Shown one piece after another: positions 63,980 through 64,000 of a stretch of 64,000 nt of DNA. Each line of letters begins with the position of its first letter. The stretch's first letter is position 1. The stretch spans positions 2,066 to 66,065 of the forward strand of contig DASWZL010000107.1 of NCBI GenBank assembly GCA_036404475.1, written 5' to 3'. The notes below the pieces were generated by a model, which did no database searches, had not been told where the DNA came from, and saw nothing but the letters and a program-made list of their open reading frames with translations. This DNA is from Thermoplasmata archaeon (lineage in GTDB: Archaea; Thermoplasmatota; Thermoplasmata; Lutacidiplasmatales; UBA184). A program made the position numbers and the translations under genes.

Positions 63980-64000
63980 ACAGGGCAGTAGACCGCGACG

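Noticed and set aside
1-64000. CRISPR arrays, transposases/IS elements, integrases, rRNA genes, known defence systems
   Set aside because: I found no regularly spaced direct repeats, no DDE/serine/tyrosine recombinase motifs and no rRNA-like stretches on either strand. The accessory segment therefore cannot be shown to be a mobile element from this window alone.

Overview
This is a high-GC, densely coding archaeal chromosome segment (about two-thirds G+C by eye). Archaeal origin is shown by TBP, Orc1/Cdc6, RPA-type ssDNA-binding proteins, aIF-1A, Bud32, RNase P subunit Rpp21, a class-I CCA-adding enzyme and a tRNA-Leu with no encoded CCA. The TPP riboswitch and the heterotrophic, partly aerobic gene content resemble Thermoplasmata-like organisms, but that lineage call is inference only. 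Positions 1-51.9 kb look like core genome:
- a glycyl-radical enzyme with its activase and an MFS transporter
- aconitase
- a TPP-riboswitch-controlled ABC importer
- pdxS and pyrF
- an RPA operon
- larB, then acyl-CoA dehydrogenase, EtfBA and FixC
- aIF-1A, Nnr, Bud32 and agmatinase
- an acyl-CoA synthetase and a THUMP-less ThiI-like protein
- a tightly packed block of tbp, tatD-like, tmk, orc1/cdc6 and lipA
- the CCA enzyme and an AmmeMemoRadiSam radical SAM gene
- a divergent chorismate mutase / U32 pair
- a heme-copper oxidase subunit I fused to CuA-less cupredoxin-like domains

Positions 51.9-63.4 kb look accessory. G+C appears lower, spacers are long, and the genes are three alpha/beta hydrolases, two SDRs, a cupin, an MFS transporter, a C2H2 zinc-finger protein and a class III cyclase-TPR protein. 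The segment ends at tRNA-Leu(CAA) and rnp4.

The most unusual signal is a family of at least four diverged copies of a 70-110 nt intergenic element found only in that accessory segment. Two copies keep an identical layout: a CTTCATGAAG palindrome, a 7-codon micro-ORF, and an ATGA-coupled ORF starting MTD.EER. A GAAAC-N6-GTTTC palindrome also recurs in three intergenic spacers, including upstream of tbp, which itself has three phased perfect TATA boxes. Most long overlapping ORFs in the six-frame track are GC-driven shadow ORFs (Arg/Pro/Gly-rich) and were not called. No CRISPR array, transposase or integrase was seen.
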